Shown here: positions 1 to 11,644 of the stretch, piece after piece
How positions within the stretch are numbered: the first letter of the stretch is position 1
How the letters are laid out: every line of letters starts with the position of its first letter
Origin: Vicugna vicugna
Lineage: Eukaryota
DNA: 64,000 nucleotides
NCBI GenBank assembly: GCA_013265495.1
Contig: MU058423.1
Coordinates: 199,061-263,060 of the forward strand
Direction of reading: 5' to 3'
Translations under genes and position numbers: made by a program
Notes under the pieces: model-generated
Told to the model about the DNA's origin: nothing
Seen by the model: only the letters and a program-made list of their open reading frames with translations
Database searches by the model: none

Positions 1-60
1 ACAATGTGCTTCATGGCCTGCAGCTGCTCGGGGTTTGACTCCAGACTCCGGTCATACAGC
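1..60 (-). CDS. MOV10: MOV10 coding exon 9 (partial)
   Basis: Acceptor CCGTCAG|G; encodes (K)LYDRSLESNPEQLQAMKHI. Confidence 0.93.
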
Positions 61-171
61 CTGACGGAGGGGTGGGGAACACGATGTCATCCAGCATCCC
101 AGAGGCCTCCGTGACTCCATCCCTAAGCCCATACTCCAAGGGGCCCCAGAGCCCCCTGCCCAAAGTCTCAC

Positions 172-348
172 TTGAGCTTCACATCTGAGGCCAGCAGCGG
201 GACCCCTCGGGCGGCCACAGGGAAGAGCATGGGCCACAGCAGCCAGCGCCCTGTCAGCTCCAGGGCGCGGTGCTGCACTCGCAGGGGCTGGCGGTTGAAG
301 GTGAAGTTCACCTTGAAGGTCAGCCCATCCACAAAGCGGCTCAGGAGG
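172..348 (-). CDS. MOV10: MOV10 coding exon 8 (177 nt)
   Basis: CAAAG|CCTC ... CTCAA|GTGAGA; SLLSRFVDGLTFKVNFTFNRQPLRVQHRALEL...DVKLK. Confidence 0.96.
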
Positions 349-601
349 CTTTGGGGGAGAGAGAGGGGAAAGAATTCAGCTAGGGGAGTGGGCAATAAAA
401 GGCGGGAGTCTCTCCATCTGCCCCACCTCCACTACTTCCTTTCCCAGACCTCCATGCAATCCTCCAGGAAAGGAAGCTGCTGCGGCATCTCAGGGTCCCC
501 CTGCCCTGTCCCTGGGGTTCCACTCACTTTGGGGAGAAACACCCTTCTCCTTCCTAGCCTCTGGGACATCTTTCTGCAGCTCAGGGCTCCCCCACACCCA
601 C

Positions 602-756
602 CTCGTGGAAAAGCTCAGCTTCACACGGTCCAGTTCCACCTTGTGCACAAAGCCCTTGTAGGTGACGGGATCCTCATGATGTGTCTCGGAGGACAACAGG
701 GCAAACAGGTGGTCACCCCGCAGCACGGAGGGGCGGCTCTCAGCCACCCCGGGAAC
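602..756 (-). CDS. MOV10: MOV10 coding exon 7 (155 nt)
   Basis: CATAG|GTT ... ACGAG|GTGGGT; VPGVAESRPSVLRGDHLF...RVKLSFST. Confidence 0.96.
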
Positions 757-1532
757 CTATGGAGCACGAAAACCAGCAAGCTCCTATCCTGGAGATGGCC
801 AGTGGAGGGCCTGCCCTAGACTCTCCAGACCCCGTTGAGGGACAAGGTCTGAGGCTCTACCCTAGACCCCAGGTTCAGGGAGCTTTGCCTCTTTCTTCTT
901 CCACCAGACAGGGCAAGAGTCAAGAAATGGGGATGGGACAAGTCTGCCCAAACTGCTCAGACATACTGAGACCAGGAGTCCTGGGGACTCTCCAAGGCAC
1001 AATTTTAGGACCAGCTTTCCAGCCTATTTTGTTGACTCTTGGCCAGCTCAGTTCCCACTCTTTAAAATCTTGTTCAAAACTCAGTTCCTGCAGGAATCTT
1101 CCCCTGCCGTGCCTTCTCACTGGGTGCCTTTCTCAGTACACATGTGCAGGAATCGACTCGCATGTATAATTAATTCTGGGCTTATGTGAACATATTGAAC
1201 ATCTGAGAGCTGGAAAGGGCTGTTGGAATTATCTGGTACAGCTCAGTGCTTTTCAGGTGAGGGAACTAAGGTCAAGAGTAAGGGACTTGCCCAAGGTCTC
1301 ATGACCGATGGTAGCAAAAATCTGGGCTAAAACCCAGGTCCTCCCCACTGCCCTGCTCTGATACCTCCTTTGGGCCCAGATGCCCACTCTGCTCCTTGTC
1401 AAGCCCTCTGAGCTTGACATCCTTTTGCTTCACCATCCTTTTGCTCTGCTCTGTTGTAGGAGCAGTATTCTGCCCACAGCCTGTGGGTGGGCTGACTCGA
1501 GCCCTTCCTCCCTGTTTCATCTGAGCCCCGAC

Positions 1533-1701
1533 CTCCAGCGTGAGCAGCCCGGGGTTCTGGTCTACAGGGTCCCAGGTCATGGGCACCGACTCCAGATCAT
1601 AGTGCCGGATATCATGCTCCATCTGCAGCTCCTCCAGGTGCAGCAGCAGCCGCAGCTTAACCTCGTAATTCCTCCACTTCAGGGTTGTCTCCAGCTGGGC
1701 C
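1533..1701 (-). CDS. MOV10: MOV10 coding exon 6 (169 nt)
   Basis: GCCAG|GGCC ... GGAG|GTCGGG; AQLETTLKWRNYEVKLRLLLHLEELQMEHDIRHYDL...LTLE. Confidence 0.96.
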
Positions 1702-2327
1702 CTGGCAGTGATGGAGGAGGGTGGGAGGGGACAGGAACAGGACCGGTCAGGCAACCCCATGCCCAGGAGCACCCACCCTCTCCCACCTGCAGCTCTGGGA
1801 CTATGAAGACATCAGGAATCAGGAAAGACTAGAAGGACAGAGAAGCAGATGGGGGTCAGAGGCCTCCAAGGGAGCCCCTGACCTCTACCTCAGACCTGAC
1901 TCACATTTGTACTGTGGATCCTGGGGCCTGGGAAAGTCCTCTCCCCAAGATCCTCCTATGACTCACACCCTCACCTCTTTCAAATGTCACTCTTTGCTCA
2001 CATTATCACCTTCTCAAAGAGTTCAGGACTAGCTGCCCTCTGGAAAACAGCACAACCCACCCCTCACCCAGCTTGAGCTTTAGTTAATTCTTCATGGCAC
2101 TCATGACTCCATGAAATGATCAAATGATACATGCTCACTGTCCCCACTAGGATGACCCGGCCCTCATGTGATTAATTCACCTTGAATGGTGCCTGGCACA
2201 GGTCGAATGCTCAGTAAAGGGATGAATGAATGGAGCACGAGAGGCTAGGACAGAGGCATGGGGATGGGAAGAAGCCAGCGAAGAAGAAACATCAAGCAGC
2301 ATGAACGGTGCAGGGGGTGGTACTTAC

Positions 2328-2462
2328 TTGATCTCAGCAATCTCCTTTGGGGCAGTGAAGATACTTGTTCCCCGAAGAAGGATGGGGAGCAGCTGCCGGA
2401 GGCGGGGGGGTGGGTAGTACGTCCCCAGTGCCATACTTAACTCCAGGTCATAGCTCTTAGCA
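2328..2462 (-). CDS. MOV10: MOV10 coding exon 5 (135 nt)
   Basis: TGCAG|TGCT ... ATCAA|GTAAGT; AKSYDLELSMALGTYYPPPRLRQLLP...PKEIAEIK. Confidence 0.95.
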
Positions 2463-2690
2463 CTGCAGGAGTGGGGGAAGAAAAGCTATCACAAACATGG
2501 AGATCCCTCACCTTCAGAGACGCCCTCCCCGGAGGCTGTGCAAAGCCCTGTTTCAATACTACTGTTGAAGGAGGTCAGCGGCCTTTGCCCAAGGAGGCAG
2601 GACTCTGTCTCGTGAGGCTGCTCATGCCAAGGTTTCACCATTCTCATTTTTTGGAAAACATGACAGTTGGAAGCATTTAAAAAAAAAAGC

Positions 2691-2740
2691 ATATATATAT
2701 ATATACATATAATGCATATATATGTATAGAATATGTATAT
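2691..2740. repeat. (TA)n-type microsatellite
   Basis: atatatatatatatacatataatgcatatatatgtata. Confidence 0.8.
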
Positions 2741-2989
2741 AAATAATGCATGTTCACTAGAGAAAAAAATCAGTAAATAGCTAATAAATAAATGAGTAAA
2801 TAAATAACAGTCTCACTCGCCAGGGATAACCAATGTAAACTTTTTGGTATGTAACCTTCTAGGCTTTTTTTCTTTGTCAATTTGTATTATACACACATAT
2901 TTTTAACAAAAAGAGCACAATGGTCTTATAGTTTGCTTTTATAGCTCAGTATTTATGAACATCTAGCCATGTCAAAAAGAGATGTCTAC

Positions 2990-3262
2990 ACATATATGAT
3001 TCCATGCATGTGAAATGTCTGGAATAGGGAAACCTGCAGAAAGCAGGTGAGTGGTTGCCTAGGGCTGGGAGGGAATGGAGAGCAAAAGGGGTGATAACTA
3101 AAGGGTATGGGTTCCTTTTTGGGGTGATGAAATGTTTTAAAACAGATTGCGGTGATGCTGCACATAACTGTGAATAAACTAAAAATCAGTGATCTTTACT
3201 CTGTGAACAAGTGAACTGTATGGTATACGAATTGTCTCAATAAAGCTGTTAAAAAAAAAACA
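2990..3262 (+). mobile_element. L1 3' end (L1MB-like) with poly-A
   Basis: tatatgattcc...gtggttgcctagggctgg...ggggtgatgaaatgtt...caataaagctgttaaaaa; TSD aaaaaga(g/c)atgtc. Confidence 0.8.
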
Positions 3263-3501
3263 GAAAAAGACATGTCCGCCCTGGGTTGCCTGATGATCCA
3301 TCATACAGTTGAAAATACTTGAGATTTTTTCATACTGTCCTCCTATCTGCAACTTTTTTCCTAGGCAGAAAAGGTCTCAGGCACAGAGGAGTTAAGAATT
3401 CATAATTAGGAAAGGGAGCTCTGGCTGCCAGCTCTGCGTCCTTCCCAGCACGGTGTCAGAACACTCGAAGCCTGGACTGGGTTGGAGGGAGAGGAAGTTA
3501 C

Positions 3502-3760
3502 CGGTCGGGTCTCTCTCCTTCCTCTATCCGGCTGGTCACTACAGGGTTTCTAGTGATCTGGGTCCGCTTGAAGGGAGTCGTGGGTTTCAGCTGTGCTGCC
3601 AGGGGACTGTGGGCGACGGCAGCCAAGAAGCGAGCAATGTAGAAAGTGCCAGCTCCTTCTGAACCTGGCTCCCCAGGTCCCAGCAGCTCCCAGAGCACCG
3701 TGGCTGGGAAGTAGCCCACAAAGCTGGTCTTACAGTGGACATGGAGCTCATAGCATTCAC
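3502..3760 (-). CDS. MOV10: MOV10 coding exon 4 (259 nt)
   Basis: CCCAG|GTGAA ... GACCG|GTAACT; ECYELHVHCKTSFVGYFPATVLWELL...EEGERPDR. Confidence 0.96.
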
Positions 3761-3956
3761 CTGGGGAGAACGGCTGAGTGAGTTGGGGTTAGGGAGGGAT
3801 CCTCCCACCAGCATCACAACCCTGGACATCCCCTCAGATAGCCCCATCCCAGAGCAGGAGCCCACGGGCCAGCAACAGTAGTTCCCAAAGCACCAGCCCT
3901 TCCTAGGGCAGGCCCTGTCCGCCCGAGGCTCTTCTTTCCTTTGGAAACCCACTCAC

Positions 3957-4192
3957 CGGGGCCCAGGGGGCAGGGCAGCTCCTGGTCTCCATTGTAGAAG
4001 GCAAACTGGGGGGTCCGGCAGAGTGGGAAGAGGTGGGTGAGGGTGACAGGCTGGGTTCCTCCATTCCGAAGCTTCAGGGTCAGCACCTCCTTACGGTTCA
4101 AATCCAGGCGGATAAGGAGCTGCCCATCGCGGGCTTCATGGGGCCCCTGGACTTCCACGTCCACCCCATGCTTCCCGTGAAGATACTCAGCC
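3957..4192 (-). CDS. MOV10: MOV10 coding exon 3 (236 nt)
   Basis: CCCAG|GGCT ... CCCG|GTGAGT; AEYLHGKHGVDVEVQGPHEARDGQLLIRLDLNRKE...PCPLGP. Confidence 0.96.
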
Positions 4193-4470
4193 CTGGGGAG
4201 AGGGGGAGTCAAGGGCGGGGCTGGGGCGGGAGGGGCCTGGACCCGGGGTCGCCCTCGGGGAAGTTATCGCTGGGGAGGCTGGCCAGGTGCCAGCTGTGCG
4301 CAGGAAACCCACCCCCTCCCCCAGACCAATTAGCTCCTTCCGGGCCCTTCCCCCACTCCTTGAAGGAGGGGGCCTTACCCCAAGCTGAGGCAACCCACTC
4401 TTTCCTCAGCCAGACAGCTTTTCCTACGCCCTGGCCCCTCTCTGCCCACCCCCCTCACACACATCCACAC

Positions 4471-4674
4471 CTGTCATAAAAGATCTCAGCCAGCAGTGAC
4501 TTGTGGTGTTTGCTGATATCTGACCCCAGCTTCACTTTCCTCTTTTCTGGGAACCACACGTCGGCCCAGCGGTCGAGTCTGAAGAACCTGACCCGAGTTT
4601 TGGTGACGTAGGCCAGACTTGCGATCTTCATTCCATACAGCATGGAGGAGAAGCCAGGGGCAGGGGTCCCAAAG
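4471..4674 (-). CDS. MOV10: MOV10 coding exon 2 (204 nt)
   Basis: GGCAG|CTTT ... GACAG|GTGTGG; FGTPAPGFSSMLYGMKIASLAYVTKTRVRFF...IFYDR. Confidence 0.96.
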
Positions 4675-6342
4675 CTGCCGGAAGCAGAGGAGACTGGGAA
4701 GTGAGGGGCAGCGGGGCGGCACGCTGGGGAGGGCGTCAGAGGGCCGCTCTGTGCGGGACACGCCGGCCGGCAGCCGAACAGGCCAGGGCTCGGGGACAGA
4801 GACTCAGGCTGGAGACCGGAGGAATTTCTAACGTTTTAAGGGAAGGCAGTGGAACTTCCCAAGACAAAATATAATGGTTTTAAACAGCAGGTGGTGGACG
4901 GTGCACTTCTGAGGAGACAAGCCCAATCGTGGACTGTGGATTTGGAGGACTAAGAGAGAAAAAAAAAATGAAGATCGGGGTAGGGTGAACTATTTGGGAC
5001 AGAAAAGATACAAAAACGCATCGGAAAGAGCTAGGCGGAATAAGCTGATTCAGGGGATGGATCCGGGTTCCAGCCCGCTGGTGAGGAGTGAGAGAGGGGC
5101 AGAGAGAGTACAGGTGTCCAGGTGTGTGGGCAAGGTGGCTGATCAGACAGCAGTTTCCCCCCGAAGTCATAGGGTGCAGGTGGAACCCAAGCAGGAAGGG
5201 AAAGGATCCTTCTCCAGAGATCAAATAGCTTGGCTTTGTGCCTAGAGAAGGTGAAGACAGGGAAAACTGGTCAGAAGGACAATAACCTCAAGGTTCAGCA
5301 CCTGGAATTCAGTTTAGTCAACTCAACAAACGCTTACAGAGACCTGTTATGTGCCAGACCCTGCGCTAGGAGCCGGGGGTTCAGAGGCAAGAGACCCAGA
5401 CCCGCCTTGAGGAGCACAGCCGGACACATGAATTCCAGCATGCTCGCTGCCCGGGGCTCAGCAGAGGAGGGGCACTGAGCCCAGCCCCGGAGGCTTCCCC
5501 AGGAAACAGCGGCAGGATTCAGTCCTAAAGGATGAATGGGTGTCATCCAGGCGTAGGAGGGAGTGCAGAGTGTGAGCCGAGGTGCAGGGGGTCTGCCAAG
5601 AACAAGTGCAGAGGGGCTGGGGGGACCGCCCACTCTGCCACTACCTGGGTCACCTCGGGTTACTCCATCTTGCAAAGTCTCACTTTGCTCCTCTAAAAAA
5701 TGGGGATAATGGGCAGACTTACCTCCCGGGGTTGTCATGAGGGTAACATGAGGGACGGACACTGCAGTGTCCACTTAGCCCAGTGCTTGGCACATAAGAT
5801 CTCAGTAAGGCGCACTACGATTAGTGTCACATACGGTCTGGTTGTACTAGAGGGAAGAGTGCAAGGAACGGAGTGGCAGGAGGCAGCAGAGGCACCAGGT
5901 CTGTGTAGTTTTTGCATGCCACGCCATGAAGCCTACACTTGACCATGAAGGCCAGCAGCTCTCCTCCTTTACTGGCATCCAGGAGCCAGAGGACATCCCC
6001 GCGTGTGACACACTTCATGGACACGTTCAAGATCTGGACAGCTGACCACCCTCCCTCCATGCTTTGTAGGGAATGAAAGCAAAGCCTAGTTCTTAAGAAC
6101 CATAGTAATCCCTATTTACCTATTAAGGTTCAACCAACATGGTCACTCACTAGCATATAACAAGATCATTTATAGTTACAGACTGGACATTTCCCTGGTG
6201 CCCCGACCTGTAACTCTGCCCCTCTCCCTCACCCCAAATAAATGAGTGATACTATTCAGAAAACTTTGAATTGACTCTGATTTGCCTTAAAAAGATATTA
6301 AATCATTTGAAAACATAATAGAAAATGCTCAGAAAACGTTAG

Positions 6343-6410
6343 CTACTATTATTAGTATCCTATTAGTAGCAACAGTAGTACTAATAGTAGTAGTGGTGGT
6401 AGTAGTAGTA
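6343..6410. repeat. (TAG)n-rich low-complexity tract
   Basis: tagtagtagtggtggtagtagtagta. Confidence 0.7.
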
Positions 6411-7735
6411 ACAACTTACTTTCGGCCCGCACCAGAGGCTACACTGGTTACAGAACCACCCCGGCTGGTGGGTTTTAAGCAGGGGAGTGGCAAGATCATA
6501 TTTGCATTTCAGATCACTCAGGCATCAGGACTGGAGGATGGATTTGCTGGAAGCAAGACTGTAGGCAGGGAGACCAGTTAGAAGAAGGCCATTGCAGGAG
6601 TCCAATTAAAAGATGACATGGGCTTGAACAAGGCGGTGGTAAGGAGAGAAGAGGGGCCAGATCTGATATTTAGAATGTAAAATTAGCAGAATCAGGATTT
6701 TGACAGGAAGGGGAATGAGGCTGGGAAGGGGGAGGAGTCTAGAATAATACCCAAACAGTGGCTTGGCTTTGGGGATTATTCCTGAGATAAGAAGTAAAGA
6801 CAGGAGCAGGAGGAGGAGGTCGGAGGGACTGGCCATGACATTTGGACTTGGACATATTCGGTTTGAGATTCCCCTGGTCTAGAGGCAGATAGTTCCATGA
6901 ATCAGAAGCTGAGAACTCAGACCAAGGTCAAAGCAGAGCCTAATCTTAGGAAGGTGTCAGGTCGTGGTTATAACCATGGAAGTGTCTGGGATCTCCCCAG
7001 GGAGTGTGAGTAGTCTGAGAACAACTGAGGCCACGACAACCCAGGGAGGAAGAGAAAACAGAGCAAGAACCCCCAAGAGAGGGAGGAGAATCAGGAGGTA
7101 GTCTCAAAATCAGGTATCAGGCTCAAACGCTGCTGAGGGGTTCAGGCAAAGGGACTGAAGTCAGGGAGTCATCAGTCACTTTCACCAGGACCCCCTAAGT
7201 TCCGTGGGTTCTGCACACACTCAAATGCTGACAGACGCCGAGTATCTTTGATACCTGCAGCCCCTTTGGCACCTGTACAGTCCCATTCTTCACTTATGTG
7301 TGTACTCCTTCTTACGCTAATATACGATAATCTATTATAAGAAAACAAAAGTGCAGGTCCTCTGAAATGCCCCAGAGCACTCAGCTCAGTGCTGGGGAAG
7401 AAACAGGGTCCTGAGGGGACTGAACACACCCAGAAGTGCAAGCCCCACCTAAAAGGGAGGGACTGCTACTCATCTCCACGCAGATGCTGCCAGTAGGGAA
7501 TGCAGGCCCAAGATGGCCAGACCTTCTGGCTTTTAAGAGAAGCCCCAAATCACAATTTTAAGGTGAAAACTTCTATTTCTGGAAGCTTCTGCATGGACAC
7601 ATGGGCAGGAGGAACTCAACTTTGCAAGTTTTGCAAATTCTACTATATGTTCTACCACCTGAGTATCTCTCAAATGATTACTCATGTCTATTATCACTAC
7701 CCAACTCCACCTATCCCTGATCTAAGCTGACAGCC

Positions 7736-7816
7736 ATATATATAGATACACACATATACATATATACACACATATATACACTATATATATAGCACACACA
7801 TACACACATATATATA
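7736..7816. repeat. Mixed (TA)n/(CA)n microsatellite
   Basis: atatatatagatacacacatatacatatatacacacatatata. Confidence 0.8.
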
Positions 7817-7859
7817 TTTTTTAAATCACAAACTTAGTACATACTTGTTGAAAAAAGCA

Positions 7860-9870
7860 CCGATTCTTGTACTGTACATCTAGTCATCCAGATTTCTAGG
7901 GAAAAGAGATGAACAACAGAAAAACTGAATATTCAACTTAAAGAACAAACTCTGATGACCAAAGAAGTATGAAAAGATGCTCCAAGAGTAAAGAAATGCA
8001 AATTAAAGGAAAAATGAGATATTTTATTTCTATTAGACTGACAAAAAGGGAAAATAGTCATAGCAATTATGTATATGTGGAAAAGGAAAGGTTCATATGT
8101 TGCTGGTAGAAAGGTGAAATATTACTCAACCTTTGGGAAAACAATCTGGCAACATCTCCTAACATTTGAAATACAGGTACCCTTTAACTTAGGAATCCCA
8201 TTCCTGGGAATGTATCCCATGGAAAAGAAAAGTGCCAAGGTATAAGAACATATGTGCAAGGATGTCGACTGTAGTCATTCACAGTGGCCAAGAATTAGAA
8301 ACAAAACTAGGCTCATCAATAGGGAGATGGCTGAATAAGTTGTGAACACCCAGACTTGAATATTATACTACCACCAAAAAGGATGCATCACACCCACTCA
8401 AATGGCTAAAATTTAAAAGGCTGACAACACCAAATGTTAACAAGGAAATGAAACCACCAGAACGCTTGTGCGTTGTTGGTTGGAACAGAAAATGGTACAA
8501 TCACTTTGGGAAAAGGTCTGACAGTTTCTTGTAAAACTAAACATATAATGCAATGTTCTGACTTCTAATTTAAAGAATATATTACTATATTATGCATGAA
8601 ACAAAAAATTGTTAAAAAGTAATGCAACCATAACACCTACTGTAGACCTAGCATGGGTAATTATTCATTAAGTACTTGCTGGGAAAACGGGTGAGAGAAT
8701 GATCAAATCATTCCAGACTGTAATTTTATAGAGCAAACGGACAACAATGCCAACATTGAACCCCTGGCTAACACACAGCACTGCTGTGCAATGGCCTGGA
8801 ATGTTAAGTGTCGGGTTATATATATTGTCCAAATTTGGATGCCCCAGGCAAGGTCACACCAGAAGAACAGCCTGGAAGACTTTGCTGCCACCACCAAAAA
8901 AAGAGGTTAAGCAACTTGCCCAAGACTTACGAAAAAAAAAAGTAAACATTATCTACCCTGTGATTCTGCAATTCTACCCTTAAGGGTATATTCCCAAGAT
9001 AAATGAAAATATACGTCCACAAAATGACTTGTGCAAGAATGTGCATAGCAGGTTTATTCAAAATAGCCCCCAACTGAAAACAATGTCTGTGAACCAAAGA
9101 ATGGATTTAAAAAACTGATTTGTATTTATACAAGAAACACTACTCAAAATGATAAAAAGAAACTACTGACATTGATTAAAAAAAAAAGTATACTGAAGCT
9201 GAATTAAAGATAATGATTCACAACATGGGTGAAAATATGCCTTACACAAAAGAGTACATATAACCTGCCTCCACCAAATAAAGTTTTAGAACAGGTACTA
9301 TCTCAAAAGAAAAAAAAAATCAGAGCAGTGGTTGCCTCTGGATGGTAAGGACTAAATAGGGCAGGAGAAGGACTTTCTGGGGTCATGTCATGTTCTATAT
9401 CTTGATGGCAGGTTGCACACAGGTATACAGATTTATTAAAATGCATAGAATGGTACGCATGAAATTTGTTCATTTCATTTTAAGTAAATTTTACTTTAAA
9501 AAAATTATACAGGGGCAGAGTATTGCTCAGTGGTAAGGTGTTCACTTAGCATGCATAAGGTCCTGGGTTCAACTTCCCAGTACCTCCATTAAAAATAAAT
9601 AAATAAAATTTTAAAAAATGTATACACATTTTGAACTCATAGTTAATAATAATCATGCTGAAGTGTCTAAGGGTGAATTGTACTGATGTCTGTAACTTAC
9701 TTTGAAATGCATCAAAAATTAAGATGGCTAGATGGATCAATGGGCAGGCTTGTGTAAAATACTAATTAAGAAACCCAGGTGAGGGGTATATGGATGTTCA
9801 CTGTAAAATTTTTTCAACTTTTCTTTATGTTTGAAATTTGTCATCATAAAATGTTAGACAAGACCCCGCA
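7860..9870 (+). mobile_element. Nested old L1 (L1M) fragments
   Basis: L1 ORF2-end motifs (aaagaaatgcaaattaaa, aatggctaaaatttaaaagg, tgacaacaccaaatgt); boundaries approximate. Confidence 0.7.
9512..9618 (+). mobile_element. tRNA-derived SINE, camelid Vic-1-like
   Basis: A-box-like GCTCAGTGG, B-box-like GGTTCAAC, A-rich tail, degenerate TSD aaaaat(g)tataca. Confidence 0.85.
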
Positions 9871-10142
9871 ATGTGTTAGAAGTATCTACCAGACAATTAG
9901 GAGTCATTTCCAGGACATATTAATGAGTAAGAATATCAGGATATGGAAAATGTGTATAACACAATCTTTTAAAAATAAAATAACCCCCAAAATACCCCGG
10001 CCGATGGGGTAACATGAGCTACCTGAGTGTGGGGCAGAACGTGGAAATGGAGGTGGGATGCTGACCTGGGAGGGGCCCACAATAACAGGGATGTATCATC
10101 GTGATCCCGTGTGGGTAAACTTACACAGGTGTGATGTAACTA

Positions 10143-10468
10143 GAGTTGTCCTGCTGTCTCTGTGGATTCAACCAACCAGAGACCCACAACATCTAGGGAA
10201 AAAAAAAAAAAAAACTTCCAGGAAGTTGCAAAAAGCAAAACTTGAATTTGCTGCACACCAGCAACTATTTACATAGCATTTACATTGTATTTGGTATGAC
10301 AAGCAACCTAGAGGTGATTTAAAGTGAAAAGGAGGATGTGTGTAGGTTATATGCAAATGGCATGCTATTTTACTTAAGAGACTAGCACATCCTGTTTCTG
10401 GTATCTGTGGGGGTGGGGTAGGAGGAGGTTCTAGAACCAATGCCCCTTGGATATCAAGGGATGACAGT
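10143..10468 (+). mobile_element. MER2-like Tigger DNA transposon relic
   Basis: ggattcaaccaac...aaagcaaaacttgaatttgc...catagcatttacattgtatt; related copies at 43827-44125 and 54186-54301. Confidence 0.75.
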
Positions 10469-11486
10469 ATGTGTGCATAAAGAGATAAAAGAAAGAGTGA
10501 TCACCGAAAGTTTTAAAAAACATTTATAACAGGTCATTTAAACCTAACATAAAACATTAAAGGCTCCCACTCCCCCACTCTCAACTACCTGCTTAACTGA
10601 CGTATATTCTTCTAGACCCTTTTCTACGCATTTAAAAAATTATTTTTTTTAAGCATACATATTTTTGTATGTGCTACACATACTATTCTGCAACAGACTC
10701 CTTTCATCACCGTGGACATCCTTCCACGATAACATTTCACCAAATCACTTCACTCTTCTCAGTGGCTGCAAAGAACAGCATGGTATGAAAGCACTGTGGT
10801 GTGTTTAACTATTTGTTCAGTGATAGACTGTTAGGCTGCCTACAATTTTGGGCTGTTTCAATACTACAACAACGATCCCTCTGGGTCAAAGAGAATGAAC
10901 CTTTACTTTAATAAGTTCTGCCAAACTGTCCTCTAAACAAGATGTAAAAACTTACATTCTCACTGATAAGAATTTGAGAAAACTCATTCCTCAGACCTGA
11001 ATATCAGAAATCTTCAATCCTTTAAATATTTGACAATCTGATAAGCAAAAAATGGTATCTTGTTTAAATTTGCATTTCCATGATCACTTACATAGTCAAG
11101 TATCTTTCCTTCTGTTTCTTAGCCATTTATATTTCTTCTGTAAACTGCTTGAGGATCTTATTTTTCCAAGCCCTATGAACTGTTCCTCCCTTTTCTGACT
11201 TCACACCCCTCTCCTGGTCCATCCCCTAAAGTCGACAGGAGTTATCAACAAACACAAATCACATCACATCTCAAATTTATTTATGACTCCACAGTCTACA
11301 GAATTAAGTCTAACCATTTAATTATGGCACACTTGGATACTCTGTAATTAACAAGGATAATGTTAATCATCAACAGAAAACATTTATTGAGCACTTACTA
11401 TGTGCTGTTCTAAGTAGCTAAGTGTGTTTCTTCATTCAATCCTCACAACAATCCTTTTGAGGTAGCTACTATTATCATCCTACTTT

Positions 11487-11644
11487 ATCTTATTTTTTTA
11501 TATTTTTAAATTTATTATTTTATTTTGGGGAGGAGGCAATTGGGTTTTTATTTATTTACTTATTTTTAATGGAGGTACTGGGGATTGAACCCAGGATCTT
11601 GTGCTTGCTAGACACACGCTCTACCACTGAGCTATACTCTCCCC
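11487..11644 (-). mobile_element. tRNA-derived SINE, Vic-1-like, inserted into a MIR
   Basis: Minus strand GGGGAGAGTATAGCTCAGTGGTAGAGC...GGGTTCAATCCCCAGTACCTCC; TSD about atcatcc.a.ttt; MIR halves either side (about 11380-11485 and 11645-11690). Confidence 0.88.

Noticed and set aside
172..1832. Plus-strand ORFs of 215, 162 and 150 aa
   Set aside because: Antisense shadows of GC-rich MOV10 exons and introns; no recognisable protein.
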